DNA of 64,000 bases from the IMG/VR virus record IMGVR_UViG_3300029923_000015, positions 1-64,000 of that record; one strand, 5' to 3'. Below the pieces are notes generated by a model. The model was not told where the DNA came from. It searched no databases and was given only the letters and a program-made list of their open reading frames with translations. Positions 18,188 to 27,131 of the stretch are shown one piece after another. Made by a program: the position numbers and the translations under genes. Within the stretch, counting starts at the first letter, position 1; each line of letters begins with the position of its first letter. This DNA is from a virus.

Positions 18188-19354
18188 ATGATAGATAAAA
18201 ATAATGACGCTCTGGGAGGTTTTAGTGCAATTTTCGACACACTATCTCCTAATGAAGACATACAAAGATTTAAAGGGTTTGAAGTTGTAGAAGATCCAGA
18301 TGATCCTACGACAGACACTAAGGCAATTGATGGAAAGGACGTACAAAGTCCATTTGACTTAGCGGATGAGGACGATTCCGTGGAAGTCCCAGGTAAACCA
18401 GATTTGAAAAAAACTACTCCTACTGTAGAGAAAGATGAAGTAAAGGAAATTATTCCTATTACTGATGATGAGCCTGAAAAAGAGGACGAAGTAGATGAGT
18501 CTGAATCTCAACAGGTGACTGCATTTTTTGATGCAATAGCAGAACAAGTTGGATGGAATGATATTACTGATGATGAAAAGCCAAAGTCGGTAGAAGACTT
18601 CGTATCATATATGAAGTCAGCAGTAGAAGAAAGTAGCACGCCTCAATACGCTAACGATGAGGTCGCTTCTCTAGATCAGTATATAAAAACAGGTGGTACT
18701 ATGTATGACTACTTTAATGGTACCACATCAGTTGATTATGATTCTGTTGACTTATCAAATGTAGAGTCTCAAAAAGCCCTAGTAAGTGAATTCCTTACTA
18801 CAAAAGGGTTCAGTGATACCCAGATAAAAAGAAAATTAGAAAAATACCAAGATGCAGATCTTTTGGAAGATGAAGCTACTGACGCCATAGAATTTTTAAA
18901 AGAATCTAAAGAGCAAAACAGAAAAGCGCTATTAGAAGAACAAAGAACTGCATACGACAATACGGTTAAGGAGCAACAAATTTTTTACAACAGCGTTGTT
19001 GATCAAATAGAAGCCCTTTCGGATGTTAGAGGAATAAAAATACCAAAAGAAGATAAGAAAGTTTTTAAGGAATATCTTTTAAAAATAGAATCTGATGGTA
19101 AAACCAAATATCAAAAAGACTATTCAAATCCTAATCGGATGATCAAGAATCTTATAGAATCTGCATACTTCACAATGAAAGGTGATGTATTGATAGAAAA
19201 TGCTAAAAGATCTGGAGAAACGTCTGCTACAGAAAGACTGAAAAATACTTTGAAAACAAACAAAGTAAGTGGTTCGAAACAATCAATAAATAATGGGTCT
19301 CCAGCACCACTATGGTCTATAGCTTCGCAACAACTATTACGAAGACCCCAATAA
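18188..19354 (+). CDS. acidic scaffold-like head protein
   Basis: Very acidic, helical, immediately upstream of MCP as in crAss-like synteny. Confidence 0.7.
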   Translation: MIDKNNDALGGFSAIFDTLSPNEDIQRFKGFEVVEDPDDPTTDTKAIDGKDVQSPFDLADEDDSVEVPGKPDLKKTTPTVEKDEVKEIIPITDDEPEKEDEVDESESQQVTAFFDAIAEQVGWNDITDDEKPKSVEDFVSYMKSAVEESSTPQYANDEVASLDQYIKTGGTMYDYFNGTTSVDYDSVDLSNVESQKALVSEFLTTKGFSDTQIKRKLEKYQDADLLEDEATDAIEFLKESKEQNRKALLEEQRTAYDNTVKEQQIFYNSVVDQIEALSDVRGIKIPKEDKKVFKEYLLKIESDGKTKYQKDYSNPNRMIKNLIESAYFTMKGDVLIENAKRSGETSATERLKNTLKTNKVSGSKQSINNGSPAPLWSIASQQLLRRPQ

Positions 19355-19378
19355 TAAACATAAAACTAAGTTTTAAAA

Positions 19379-20857
19379 ATGGATAATGGAATTTTAAACA
19401 ACCTACAGCTTTACAAAGGAAAATGGTTTTCTGATCTTGTAGATGAAAATATGCTTTCTAATGCACTTCTGGTTAAACCTCACGAAGTATCTAGCGTAAT
19501 TTCTTACGTATTTGGTGCTAAGGATGATGGTTATAGTTCTGCCTTAGATTTCTTAACAGGAGGTCTTGGAAAGACTATGGTAATTGACCAACGTGAATTT
19601 AGATGGTCTGTTATGATCGATTCTGATCGTGCAGTTACTATTCGTTCAGCTAAATGGAATGGTTCTACAGTAACCGATCCAACAACTCAGGCAGGTCTGG
19701 GTAATACTCCGATAATGCTATCTCTAGAAGATAAGTGGTTCGGTCCAGGTGCTATACTTGAATTAGACGATAAGGAATTTCAATTACGTGTGTCGGGCGC
19801 TCCTTACCAAGATGGAAATGAATGGGTTTATACTTGCTTCATTGCAGATAGTCAGGCTACTTCGTTTGTACCGGGTAAATATTTACTTTCTGGATGTCAG
19901 GTATCTCGTTTAGGTTCCGCCTACGAAGAGTACTCAGAAGAGGCAGATATCATCAATTACAATACTCATATTAAACTGCATAATCATTTGACTACGGTTC
20001 GTTTGTCTTACGATATTACAGGTACCGCTTATAGTACTGTATTGGCTATCGCATTGAAAGACCCTAAGACTGGTAAAACTTCTTACTTGTGGTCGGATTT
20101 CCAGGAATGGAAAGCTGCCCGTGAATGGAATAAACGTCAAGAACGTCAATTGGTATACTCTAAATATAATGCTAGTGCTGATGGTACTACTGAATTAATG
20201 GGTACTAATGGTCGTCCAGTATATATTGGTGCAGGTTTATTGCAACAGATAGCCCCGGCAAATCGTAGATATTATACAGAATTAAATGCCGATTTATTGG
20301 AAGATTTCTTATCTGACATGTCTTATAATATGCTTGGAACTAATGAACGTAAATTCGTTGCCTTTACAGGCGAAATGGGTATGCGTGAATTTGACCGCGT
20401 ATTAAAAGAAAAGGCAGGTACCTATAATCTTATTGACAGTAAATTTGTTACTGGTTCTGGTCAAGAACTAACTTTAGGTGGTCAGTTCACTACTTATAAA
20501 ATGACTAACGGTATTGAACTTACTGTTAAGCATTTGCCAATGTATGATGATATCGTACATAATCGTAAGTTACATCCAATTACTGGGAAACCGGTTGAGT
20601 CTTATAGATTTACCTTCTTGGACTTTGGTACAAGAGATGGAGAAGCTAATATCGTTAAGGTAGCTAGGAAAGACAGAGAGATGGTTATGTGGCATACTGC
20701 TGGTTCTGTAGCCCCTGGAGCTGGATATGGCAAATCAATCAACACCCTTCGTTCAAATGCAAAGGATGGTTATTCGGTAAACTTCTTAGGTGAAGTTGGT
20801 ATCATGGTTAGAGATCCACGTGCTTGTGGTGAGTTGATCATGGACGTTATTGATTAA
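19379..20857 (+). CDS. major capsid protein
   Basis: 492 aa; NNLQLYKGKWFSDL, GAGLLQQI, FTGEMGMREF, LGEVGIMVRDP; strongly biased codons; followed by a terminator. Confidence 0.9.
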   Translation: MDNGILNNLQLYKGKWFSDLVDENMLSNALLVKPHEVSSVISYVFGAKDDGYSSALDFLTGGLGKTMVIDQREFRWSVMIDSDRAVTIRSAKWNGSTVTDPTTQAGLGNTPIMLSLEDKWFGPGAILELDDKEFQLRVSGAPYQDGNEWVYTCFIADSQATSFVPGKYLLSGCQVSRLGSAYEEYSEEADIINYNTHIKLHNHLTTVRLSYDITGTAYSTVLAIALKDPKTGKTSYLWSDFQEWKAAREWNKRQERQLVYSKYNASADGTTELMGTNGRPVYIGAGLLQQIAPANRRYYTELNADLLEDFLSDMSYNMLGTNERKFVAFTGEMGMREFDRVLKEKAGTYNLIDSKFVTGSGQELTLGGQFTTYKMTNGIELTVKHLPMYDDIVHNRKLHPITGKPVESYRFTFLDFGTRDGEANIVKVARKDREMVMWHTAGSVAPGAGYGKSINTLRSNAKDGYSVNFLGEVGIMVRDPRACGELIMDVID

Positions 20858-20866
20858 TAAAAATTA

Positions 20867-20896
20867 AGTATAGGTAAATTGGTTTTTACCTATACT
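20867..20896 (+). terminator. hairpin after MCP
   Basis: AGTATAGGTAAA/TTTACCTATACT 12-bp perfect stem. Confidence 0.7.
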
Positions 20897-21004
20897 ACAT
20901 TAATTAGATTAGTTTGATTCATAATAAAATCAAAACTATCGAAATGGAAGTAAAAATATTTTGAATTGCGATTGCATTCATAGGTTATAGCTAATCTACA
21001 ATGT
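20897..21004 (+). promoter_or_regulatory. candidate structured leader RNA
   Basis: ACATT..TAGATTAG/CTAATCTA.AATGT closing stem enclosing TTTGATT/AATCAAA and TGAATTGC/GCATTCA hairpins. Confidence 0.5.
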
Positions 21005-21047
21005 GTGATTAGTTATTTTTAGTATTAACTTTTAAATCTTTAGAATT

Positions 21048-21821
21048 ATGGCACTTACTTTAGATGGTACAACGACTTTACCTGCAATGGGTGGAAGTGG
21101 TCTAGGCTCGGGCGTTGGTCTCGGGGCAGTTGGCGGTGGTATTGCTGGGTTAATCCTTGGTGGATTAATAGGCAATAACGGAAATGGATTATTTGGTGGC
21201 GGGTCTAGTACCGCTAATGTAGCAGAATTTGGAGCAATAAATAACCAACTGCAAACATTACAATCTCAGATCGGCGCAAATGATTTAAGGAATGAATTGG
21301 AAAGTATGGAGAACACATACGCTACAATATCATCCGGACAGACTGCTGCTAATGCAGCTGGATTCGCGTCAATCGGGAGTCAAATAGGAAACGTTGCAAC
21401 GGCACAAGCAACTAATAACTTTACTACACTTACATCTATCAATGATTTAGGCCGTGATATTACTGCTCAATCGAATCAAAATGCTTTACAGCAATTGAAT
21501 TCTTTTAATCAGCAAAATACCACAATGCTGCAAGGATTTAACTCATCCGCAATGCAGGTTCAAAATGCAACTAATCAAATAATTGCTCAAGGAACTGCAA
21601 ATGCAATGGCAATGGCTAATTGTTGCTGCGAAATAAAGAGTACTATCCTATCAGACGGAAATGCAACTCGCGCATTGATAAATGATCTTAATGTTCAAAA
21701 CTTAAGAGATCAATTAACTGCTGCTAATAATAAGATCAGTAATAACGATCAGAATCAATATTTGTTAAGTTCCATCTTGACACATATTCACCCAACAGTT
21801 ACTGGGACTACTATTGTCTAA
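21048..21821 (+). CDS. glycine-zipper / Asn-Gln-rich coiled-coil protein with CCC motif
   Basis: GLGAVGGGIAGLILGGLIG; MANCCCEIKSTILSDGNATRALI. Confidence 0.85.
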   Translation: MALTLDGTTTLPAMGGSGLGSGVGLGAVGGGIAGLILGGLIGNNGNGLFGGGSSTANVAEFGAINNQLQTLQSQIGANDLRNELESMENTYATISSGQTAANAAGFASIGSQIGNVATAQATNNFTTLTSINDLGRDITAQSNQNALQQLNSFNQQNTTMLQGFNSSAMQVQNATNQIIAQGTANAMAMANCCCEIKSTILSDGNATRALINDLNVQNLRDQLTAANNKISNNDQNQYLLSSILTHIHPTVTGTTIV

Positions 21822-21835
21822 TAAAAAACACCAAC

Positions 21836-21849
21836 GGGGCTTCGGCCCC
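21836..21849 (+). terminator. GC hairpin with UUCG loop
   Basis: GGGGC-TTCG-GCCCC; weak T tail. Confidence 0.55.
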
Positions 21850-21870
21850 TTAGGTTAAAACTAAAGAGAT

Positions 21871-22167
21871 ATGGCAAGTCCAATAACAGTAGGCACTACA
21901 GCAATTGTAGTCGCTTTAGCTAATTTGTCTAGGGCTGATATTCGATTTCAGAATACAAGTCTAACACAGACAATTTATTTGAAAAGGGTCCCTAGTACTG
22001 GGTTATTTACTCCAGTATCTACAACTGATTATGATGTAAGAATGCTTCCAGATTCAGCAACTGGTGAAGGCGGAGAGCCATTTGAAACTAACTCAGTTTC
22101 TGCTTTCCAAGCAATTTCATCGGCAGCAGCAGGAACATTGGCAATTTATGAAACGGTTAAAGTTTAA
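21871..22167 (+). CDS. small predicted beta-sandwich protein
   Basis: ITVGTTA...RADIRFQNTS..TIYL alternating beta pattern. Confidence 0.75.
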   Translation: MASPITVGTTAIVVALANLSRADIRFQNTSLTQTIYLKRVPSTGLFTPVSTTDYDVRMLPDSATGEGGEPFETNSVSAFQAISSAAAGTLAIYETVKV

Positions 22168-22171
22168 GATC

Positions 22172-22348
22172 ATGGAAGAAAATTATTTTAAAATAAGTTT
22201 CGATAAAGTCATGGAAATGATTTTAATCGAAGAAAGACAAAAGATACATAAGTTTATCTTAGATACATTAGGGAAGGCTACTGCAGATATATTCGAAACA
22301 TACAAAGCGACTCCTTCCGAAACTCTTAAGTTATTTGTAACAGTTTAA
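22172..22348 (+). CDS. hypothetical protein (58 aa)
   Basis: ATG at 22172 just after the upstream stop. Confidence 0.65.
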   Translation: MEENYFKISFDKVMEMILIEERQKIHKFILDTLGKATADIFETYKATPSETLKLFVTV

Positions 22349-22359
22349 CCTAAGCTAAG

Positions 22360-22611
22360 ATGGAAGATAATATTACTGTACAAGATACAGCCGTAGACAC
22401 AAAGAAAGTCTATCCAATGGTAGAAGAGATGACGTTCAGATCTCCTGTAAAGAGTGAAGAAGAAGCATATAGACTATTAATGGCAATACAAACTTTAGTC
22501 AATGAAGTAGGATCAATTGAGATTATCTCACTATTCGATTATTTTGTAAAAAATCCATCAGCAATAGCAAAGGCTAAAAAGTACTTACCTTACTTAAAAA
22601 TGTTAGGATGA
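22360..22611 (+). CDS. hypothetical protein
   Basis: 83 aa, ATGA overlap with the next gene. Confidence 0.7.
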   Translation: MEDNITVQDTAVDTKKVYPMVEEMTFRSPVKSEEEAYRLLMAIQTLVNEVGSIEIISLFDYFVKNPSAIAKAKKYLPYLKMLG

Positions 22612-23072
22612 GCAAATTTATGAATTTAATAGAAAAAGCAGCTCCGATTGTTATTCAGTCTAAGCCAATGATAGAAATTATTAATATAGTTAATGAGCAT
22701 CTAGATGATATGTGCTTATTGCATCCTAATCAATATGATGATCTTATTAATGAAATATATATGGTAGCAAATGGACCTTATTTCGATCTTGATATAGCCA
22801 ATAAGGCTGTAGCTGCTATGCATAATGAAGATGGCACTATGGGCCAGAAACTTAGTCTAAATGATACTAATCAAATAGCATCATCAATGAGTATTTATTT
22901 TGATAAATTTAATCAATACGATTGGTACTATACCGTAAACATGATATATTCTGATTACAGCGTAGTCTTATCAAATAACTCTTCATTATTAAATGAAATG
23001 GCAAAAGCCTTTTTAATGGATAAGGACGCCCCAGCAGGGAAGGCCTATCTGTACTATAAGGCAATGTGCTAA
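22608..23072 (+). CDS. conserved phage helical protein of unknown function
   Basis: GPYFD...AVAAMHNEDG...DWYYTVNMIYSDY...AKAFLMDKDAPAGKAYLYY. Confidence 0.8.
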   Translation: MSKFMNLIEKAAPIVIQSKPMIEIINIVNEHLDDMCLLHPNQYDDLINEIYMVANGPYFDLDIANKAVAAMHNEDGTMGQKLSLNDTNQIASSMSIYFDKFNQYDWYYTVNMIYSDYSVVLSNNSSLLNEMAKAFLMDKDAPAGKAYLYYKAMC

Positions 23073-23078
23073 AATACT

Positions 23079-23108
23079 TATGTGGGGCGATTGATTTTAC
23101 CCCACATA
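23079..23108 (+). terminator. terminator-like hairpin closing the module
   Basis: TATGTGGGG/CCCCACATA stem. Confidence 0.65.
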
Positions 23109-23152
23109 ACAATTAAATAAATATAAAAATTACTATACTTAAGTAAACTTAA

Positions 23153-23905
23153 ATGGAAGTATTATTGAAACATAAGCGCAAAGACGCTTGGGCCCAAGTA
23201 ATAAAATATAAATCATGCTTTGATTATATTGCGCCTGCATTAACAAGATCGGGAAATAGACACACTGGATTAACAGAAGAAGACGCCCTTAGACTTGAAA
23301 AGGAATTAAATTTAGGACCAAATACTTTAGCCCCTTATAGCAAGTATTGGGTTACGTTTATTATAAAAATAACTAATAAAGAGCTTGCTCTAGACACTAG
23401 TAGACCCTGGGATGAATTGCAATATCTATTTTTAAAGAATCATCACAGAGTTGCAATTGGATTAAACGATTTAAAACCAGGAGCAGACTATGTATTAATA
23501 AACAAAGATTCTGAGGCTCAAGAGTCTAATAGGATCAATAAGAGAAAGCGCGATGCTATTAAAGAATTTGACAAACTATCGCTAGAAGACATGAGAAAGT
23601 GTTTGCGACTATTTGGATATAAAGCAGATACTATGTCGGCTGAACTCGTAGAAAGCAAATTATTTGAACAAGTGGAAGGAAGCCCAGAGAGATTCTTTTC
23701 TAAATGGGTTGATAATAAATCAAAAAATACTGAATTCCTAATTGAGGCTGCAATAGCAAAAAATATTTTACGAAAAAATAAAAATGCTTATTTGTACGGA
23801 ACGGATGTTATAGGGACTTCATTATCTGATGCAGTATCTTATTTAGATAATAAGATGAACCAAGATCTGAAGATGACTATAAAAAATGAATTAGAAAGTA
23901 AATAA
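23153..23905 (+). CDS. conserved crAss-like virion/head protein
   Basis: TRSGNRHTGLT, PWDELQYLFLK, YLYGTDVIG; resembles the gene that normally follows MCP. Confidence 0.7.
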   Translation: MEVLLKHKRKDAWAQVIKYKSCFDYIAPALTRSGNRHTGLTEEDALRLEKELNLGPNTLAPYSKYWVTFIIKITNKELALDTSRPWDELQYLFLKNHHRVAIGLNDLKPGADYVLINKDSEAQESNRINKRKRDAIKEFDKLSLEDMRKCLRLFGYKADTMSAELVESKLFEQVEGSPERFFSKWVDNKSKNTEFLIEAAIAKNILRKNKNAYLYGTDVIGTSLSDAVSYLDNKMNQDLKMTIKNELESK

Positions 23906-23907
23906 AT

Positions 23908-24624
23908 ATGACAAACGAATTAGTACACAGGAATTTTAATATAGAGGCCGATAAATCTAATCTAATTACTAGTTCGCCTTCATTTCTTCCAGAAGAAATA
24001 GATTATTTTGTTAATACAGAAATAGAACGATTTATTAAGACTAGATATTCTGGCTTAAATATACATAAAGATGGCTTCCAGCAAAGTCAAAAAAGATCAG
24101 ATGATCTTAGAACTGTTACCAAGTCTGTAGATATTATCCCAACCATATCAATGATATCAAAAAGTGATGATCTAAAGTCCTCTAAATATACTTTCGAGTA
24201 CCCTATAGATTACTTTATTGGACTTGGAGAGACTGCGTACATTAGTACTCCCAATGCACTGCCGTCAGGAGTACATAGAGTCGATGTAATGGAGTCTACA
24301 ATAGAGAATATAGATTCGAGTCTCCAGAACTCATTAAGCCCTTACAGGTACCACAATGGGACGGCAAGGCCATTAAGAGTCTATTCAGATGGGAAGATAA
24401 ATTTATATACTGACGAAAACTATATTATAAATAAATATACTATAACTTACTTATTCCTGCCAGCGAAACTAGATTGGTACTCTGGAGATAGGAATGTAGA
24501 ATTAACTATAATGCCAGACCACACTTGGGATGAAATAATCGTAAATGCGGTAAAATTAGCATTATTAAATACTTCTGATGACAGGTATCAAGCCTACTCT
24601 CAGGAGGCTCAAATAATTGAGTAA
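23908..24624 (+). CDS. neck/ring (head-tail adaptor) protein
   Basis: PSFLPEEIDYF, GFQQSQKRSDDLR, MPDHTWDEII. Confidence 0.7.
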   Translation: MTNELVHRNFNIEADKSNLITSSPSFLPEEIDYFVNTEIERFIKTRYSGLNIHKDGFQQSQKRSDDLRTVTKSVDIIPTISMISKSDDLKSSKYTFEYPIDYFIGLGETAYISTPNALPSGVHRVDVMESTIENIDSSLQNSLSPYRYHNGTARPLRVYSDGKINLYTDENYIINKYTITYLFLPAKLDWYSGDRNVELTIMPDHTWDEIIVNAVKLALLNTSDDRYQAYSQEAQIIE

Positions 24625-24630
24625 TAAAAT

Positions 24631-24697
24631 CTCAGTTTAGTTCAACGTGGAAATCTTTAACGAAAGTAGAAAAAACTAAACGATAGTTTAAACTGAG
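24631..24697 (+). promoter_or_regulatory. structured leader with alternative pairings
   Basis: CTCAGTTTA/TAAACTGAG versus GTTTAGTT/AACTAAAC. Confidence 0.45.
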
Positions 24698-24730
24698 TCG
24701 ACAAAAATTTAAACTAATAAAAATAAAAAT

Positions 24731-25708
24731 ATGTTACAAAAACCAAATACGGTATTCGTTGCTAAAAAAGTAAACACGGCTGGCACCTCGCTTGTTGCTG
24801 GAGACTTAGTGGTAATTAACGCCGAGACTGGAGCAGTTTCTGCATCTAGTGTAATTACAACTCTTGCTTCTGCCCCAAAATCGATTCAGTTCGGATTTGT
24901 TAAAACCGATGGTACTATTGCTAAAACGCAAGTTATCTCTAGGAAGAATATTACCAACATCGTATACGATGCATATGTTGCAAAAACAGTGGCATCTGCA
25001 GTAATTAGTTTTGCTGGAGTTACTCCTGTAATCGGTCATCGTTATGTATTGCGTTGTATCTATAGGGATCTATACGAGCATCCTGGACAATTTACTCATT
25101 CTTATGAGGTAATAGCAAAGACTACTGTCCCTGCTGATTTGGCTATTGCTTTTAATGCTTTAATTAATACAAGTTCTAGTGCTCGTGTAACTTCTACTAT
25201 CGTAGGGAGCATAATAACTCTTACTGCAAAAAGTGTAACTGATAATGGATTTGGAACTCAAGGTAAAGAGGCAATCACTCCTTATTCTCAAGTTCAATTG
25301 AGAGTAGTTGCATATGTTACTGATCCTAAGGCTAGATTTACAATTAGCGCAAAAGACGCTATTGTTGGATTGACTATAGTTCAGACAGAAAGTCAACCAG
25401 GTAAAGGTAATGCTTATATTGTTAGAGATCGCGAACAAGCTGCTCTTGCGTATAAAGGTATTACTTATCGTACAGAATGGCCAGTAATTAAACCAGAATT
25501 AAATGTAGACTTAACTGCTACTTACGATTCTCTTGTTATTGAATATAGCAAACAATATCAAAGTCCAGACAACCAATATATGAAATCTACTGATTTGGCC
25601 GCTGAAATTTATGTTGACCACTCAAATACGGGTACTCTATCTGCTTTGAATACACTTATTTCTGATTGGGCATCACTAGTTGGACCACAAGGGATACAGG
25701 GAGTTTAA
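24731..25708 (+). CDS. auxiliary capsid / structural protein
   Basis: GHRYVLR..YRDLYEHPGQFTHSYEV, GKGN..IVRDRE; biased codons; has its own terminator. Confidence 0.7.
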   Translation: MLQKPNTVFVAKKVNTAGTSLVAGDLVVINAETGAVSASSVITTLASAPKSIQFGFVKTDGTIAKTQVISRKNITNIVYDAYVAKTVASAVISFAGVTPVIGHRYVLRCIYRDLYEHPGQFTHSYEVIAKTTVPADLAIAFNALINTSSSARVTSTIVGSIITLTAKSVTDNGFGTQGKEAITPYSQVQLRVVAYVTDPKARFTISAKDAIVGLTIVQTESQPGKGNAYIVRDREQAALAYKGITYRTEWPVIKPELNVDLTATYDSLVIEYSKQYQSPDNQYMKSTDLAAEIYVDHSNTGTLSALNTLISDWASLVGPQGIQGV

Positions 25709-25724
25709 TTTATTCTATAAAATA

Positions 25725-25760
25725 AAAATAGGGACGGGTTTAATTAGTCGTCCCTATTTT
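25725..25760 (+). terminator. bidirectional intrinsic terminator
   Basis: AAAATAGGGACG/CGTCCCTATTTT. Confidence 0.8.
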
Positions 25761-25777
25761 AATATAAAGTCATCAAT

Positions 25778-26143
25778 ATGAAGAGATACCAAGGGGAGGA
25801 TATTTATTTCTCATTAAATTTTAGTACTTCTACGATTCCGGACATAACAAGTTTTAATGATCTGGAAAATATGATAGTCTATGCATATACTCAAAGCGAT
25901 ATTGTTACAAAATTCTCTAGGATAGCAAAAGAAGGCTATGGCCCACTATTAGATACTAATGGAAATGGATTAACACTTAAAGGCGTTATATCCAGTGATA
26001 ATACTAAAGATATGCTTGGGCAAATAGTACTAGACATAATGTGTATAAAATCATCTACGGAAGGAGATCTTACTGAAAATCTAATACAAAAAGCATTAAC
26101 TGGTATTTTTATTATGCCAAGTGTAATTAAAGAAGAAGCTTAA
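25778..26143 (+). CDS. BppU-like tail fibre adaptor
   Basis: YQGEDIYFSLNF...ISSDNTKDMLG Ig-like pattern at the head of the fibre cluster. Confidence 0.5.
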   Translation: MKRYQGEDIYFSLNFSTSTIPDITSFNDLENMIVYAYTQSDIVTKFSRIAKEGYGPLLDTNGNGLTLKGVISSDNTKDMLGQIVLDIMCIKSSTEGDLTENLIQKALTGIFIMPSVIKEEA

Positions 26144-27120
26144 TGGATTTAAACGTAGAGATAATCCCCGGAGAGGGGATGTTAGATTTAGATGTTAGTA
26201 TATCTAATGTAGAGCTATCAGTAGATGTTATTATTGGAAGTTCTTATGGTGGCACGACAGAAGAGTTACCGGAAGTATTTATTACTGACGCAGCCCCTAC
26301 CGAGCATAGTGCAAAAATATGGATAGCAGGAGAGCCTTCAATAGTAGGAGAGAGCAATTTATATAATTGGTATGCAGTTGCAGATCCAAGGGGTATTGCC
26401 CCGATTGGTTGGCATGTCCCATCAATCTCTGAATGGAAAACTCTATATGACTATGTTGATGATGCAACTGGACTATCGTTAAGGGAGGTTGGATATGATC
26501 ATTGGCTTGCTAATCAAGGGCCTATTGATTTCGAACAAGGGACTGATATATATGGATTTAAAGCTATTGCTAATGGAACTTATTATAGAGGGGAGTTCGG
26601 GGCTATAAAATACTATAGTTTATACTGGTCTACTAGTGAATCTATTACAAATGATAATAGGATTGACGCTGCTATAATAAGCGCTGATTCCATTTTTGGT
26701 TTTACTTATGCAAAGAAAGAACCAGCTATAACAATTAGATTAATAAGAGATAGTGATAATACTGCTCAAATTGCTACTGATTATGATGGGAATGCGTATC
26801 AATCGATAACGATTGGGACTCAGACTTGGCTTCAAAAAGACTTGAATGTTACACATTATCTTAATGGAGATTTAATAGGGTCTAATTTTAATGGAGTAGA
26901 TGGCGCATTTATAAAATATAGCGAATCTGGACAATCCAGCCTTAAGTATAGAAAAAATAGCAATTGGATAGAATTACATGATTCTCAAAAAGAAGATAAA
27001 GGTGTAGTTGCTGATTTGATTAGTAAAATGCCACTCTCTTTGCCAGAGATTCAAGTATCTAAAGAATCACCTACAGATTTAAATGTTACAATGTGGATTC
27101 AGCAAGTTGAAGAACAATAG
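26143..27120 (+). CDS. tail fibre protein with permuted Fib_succ_major domain
   Basis: LYNWYAV..GIAPIGWHVPS..EW, YWSTS, IRLIRD, then DYDGNAY..ITIGTQTW. Confidence 0.8.
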   Translation: MDLNVEIIPGEGMLDLDVSISNVELSVDVIIGSSYGGTTEELPEVFITDAAPTEHSAKIWIAGEPSIVGESNLYNWYAVADPRGIAPIGWHVPSISEWKTLYDYVDDATGLSLREVGYDHWLANQGPIDFEQGTDIYGFKAIANGTYYRGEFGAIKYYSLYWSTSESITNDNRIDAAIISADSIFGFTYAKKEPAITIRLIRDSDNTAQIATDYDGNAYQSITIGTQTWLQKDLNVTHYLNGDLIGSNFNGVDGAFIKYSESGQSSLKYRKNSNWIELHDSQKEDKGVVADLISKMPLSLPEIQVSKESPTDLNVTMWIQQVEEQ

Positions 27121-27131
27121 ACAATCATAAT

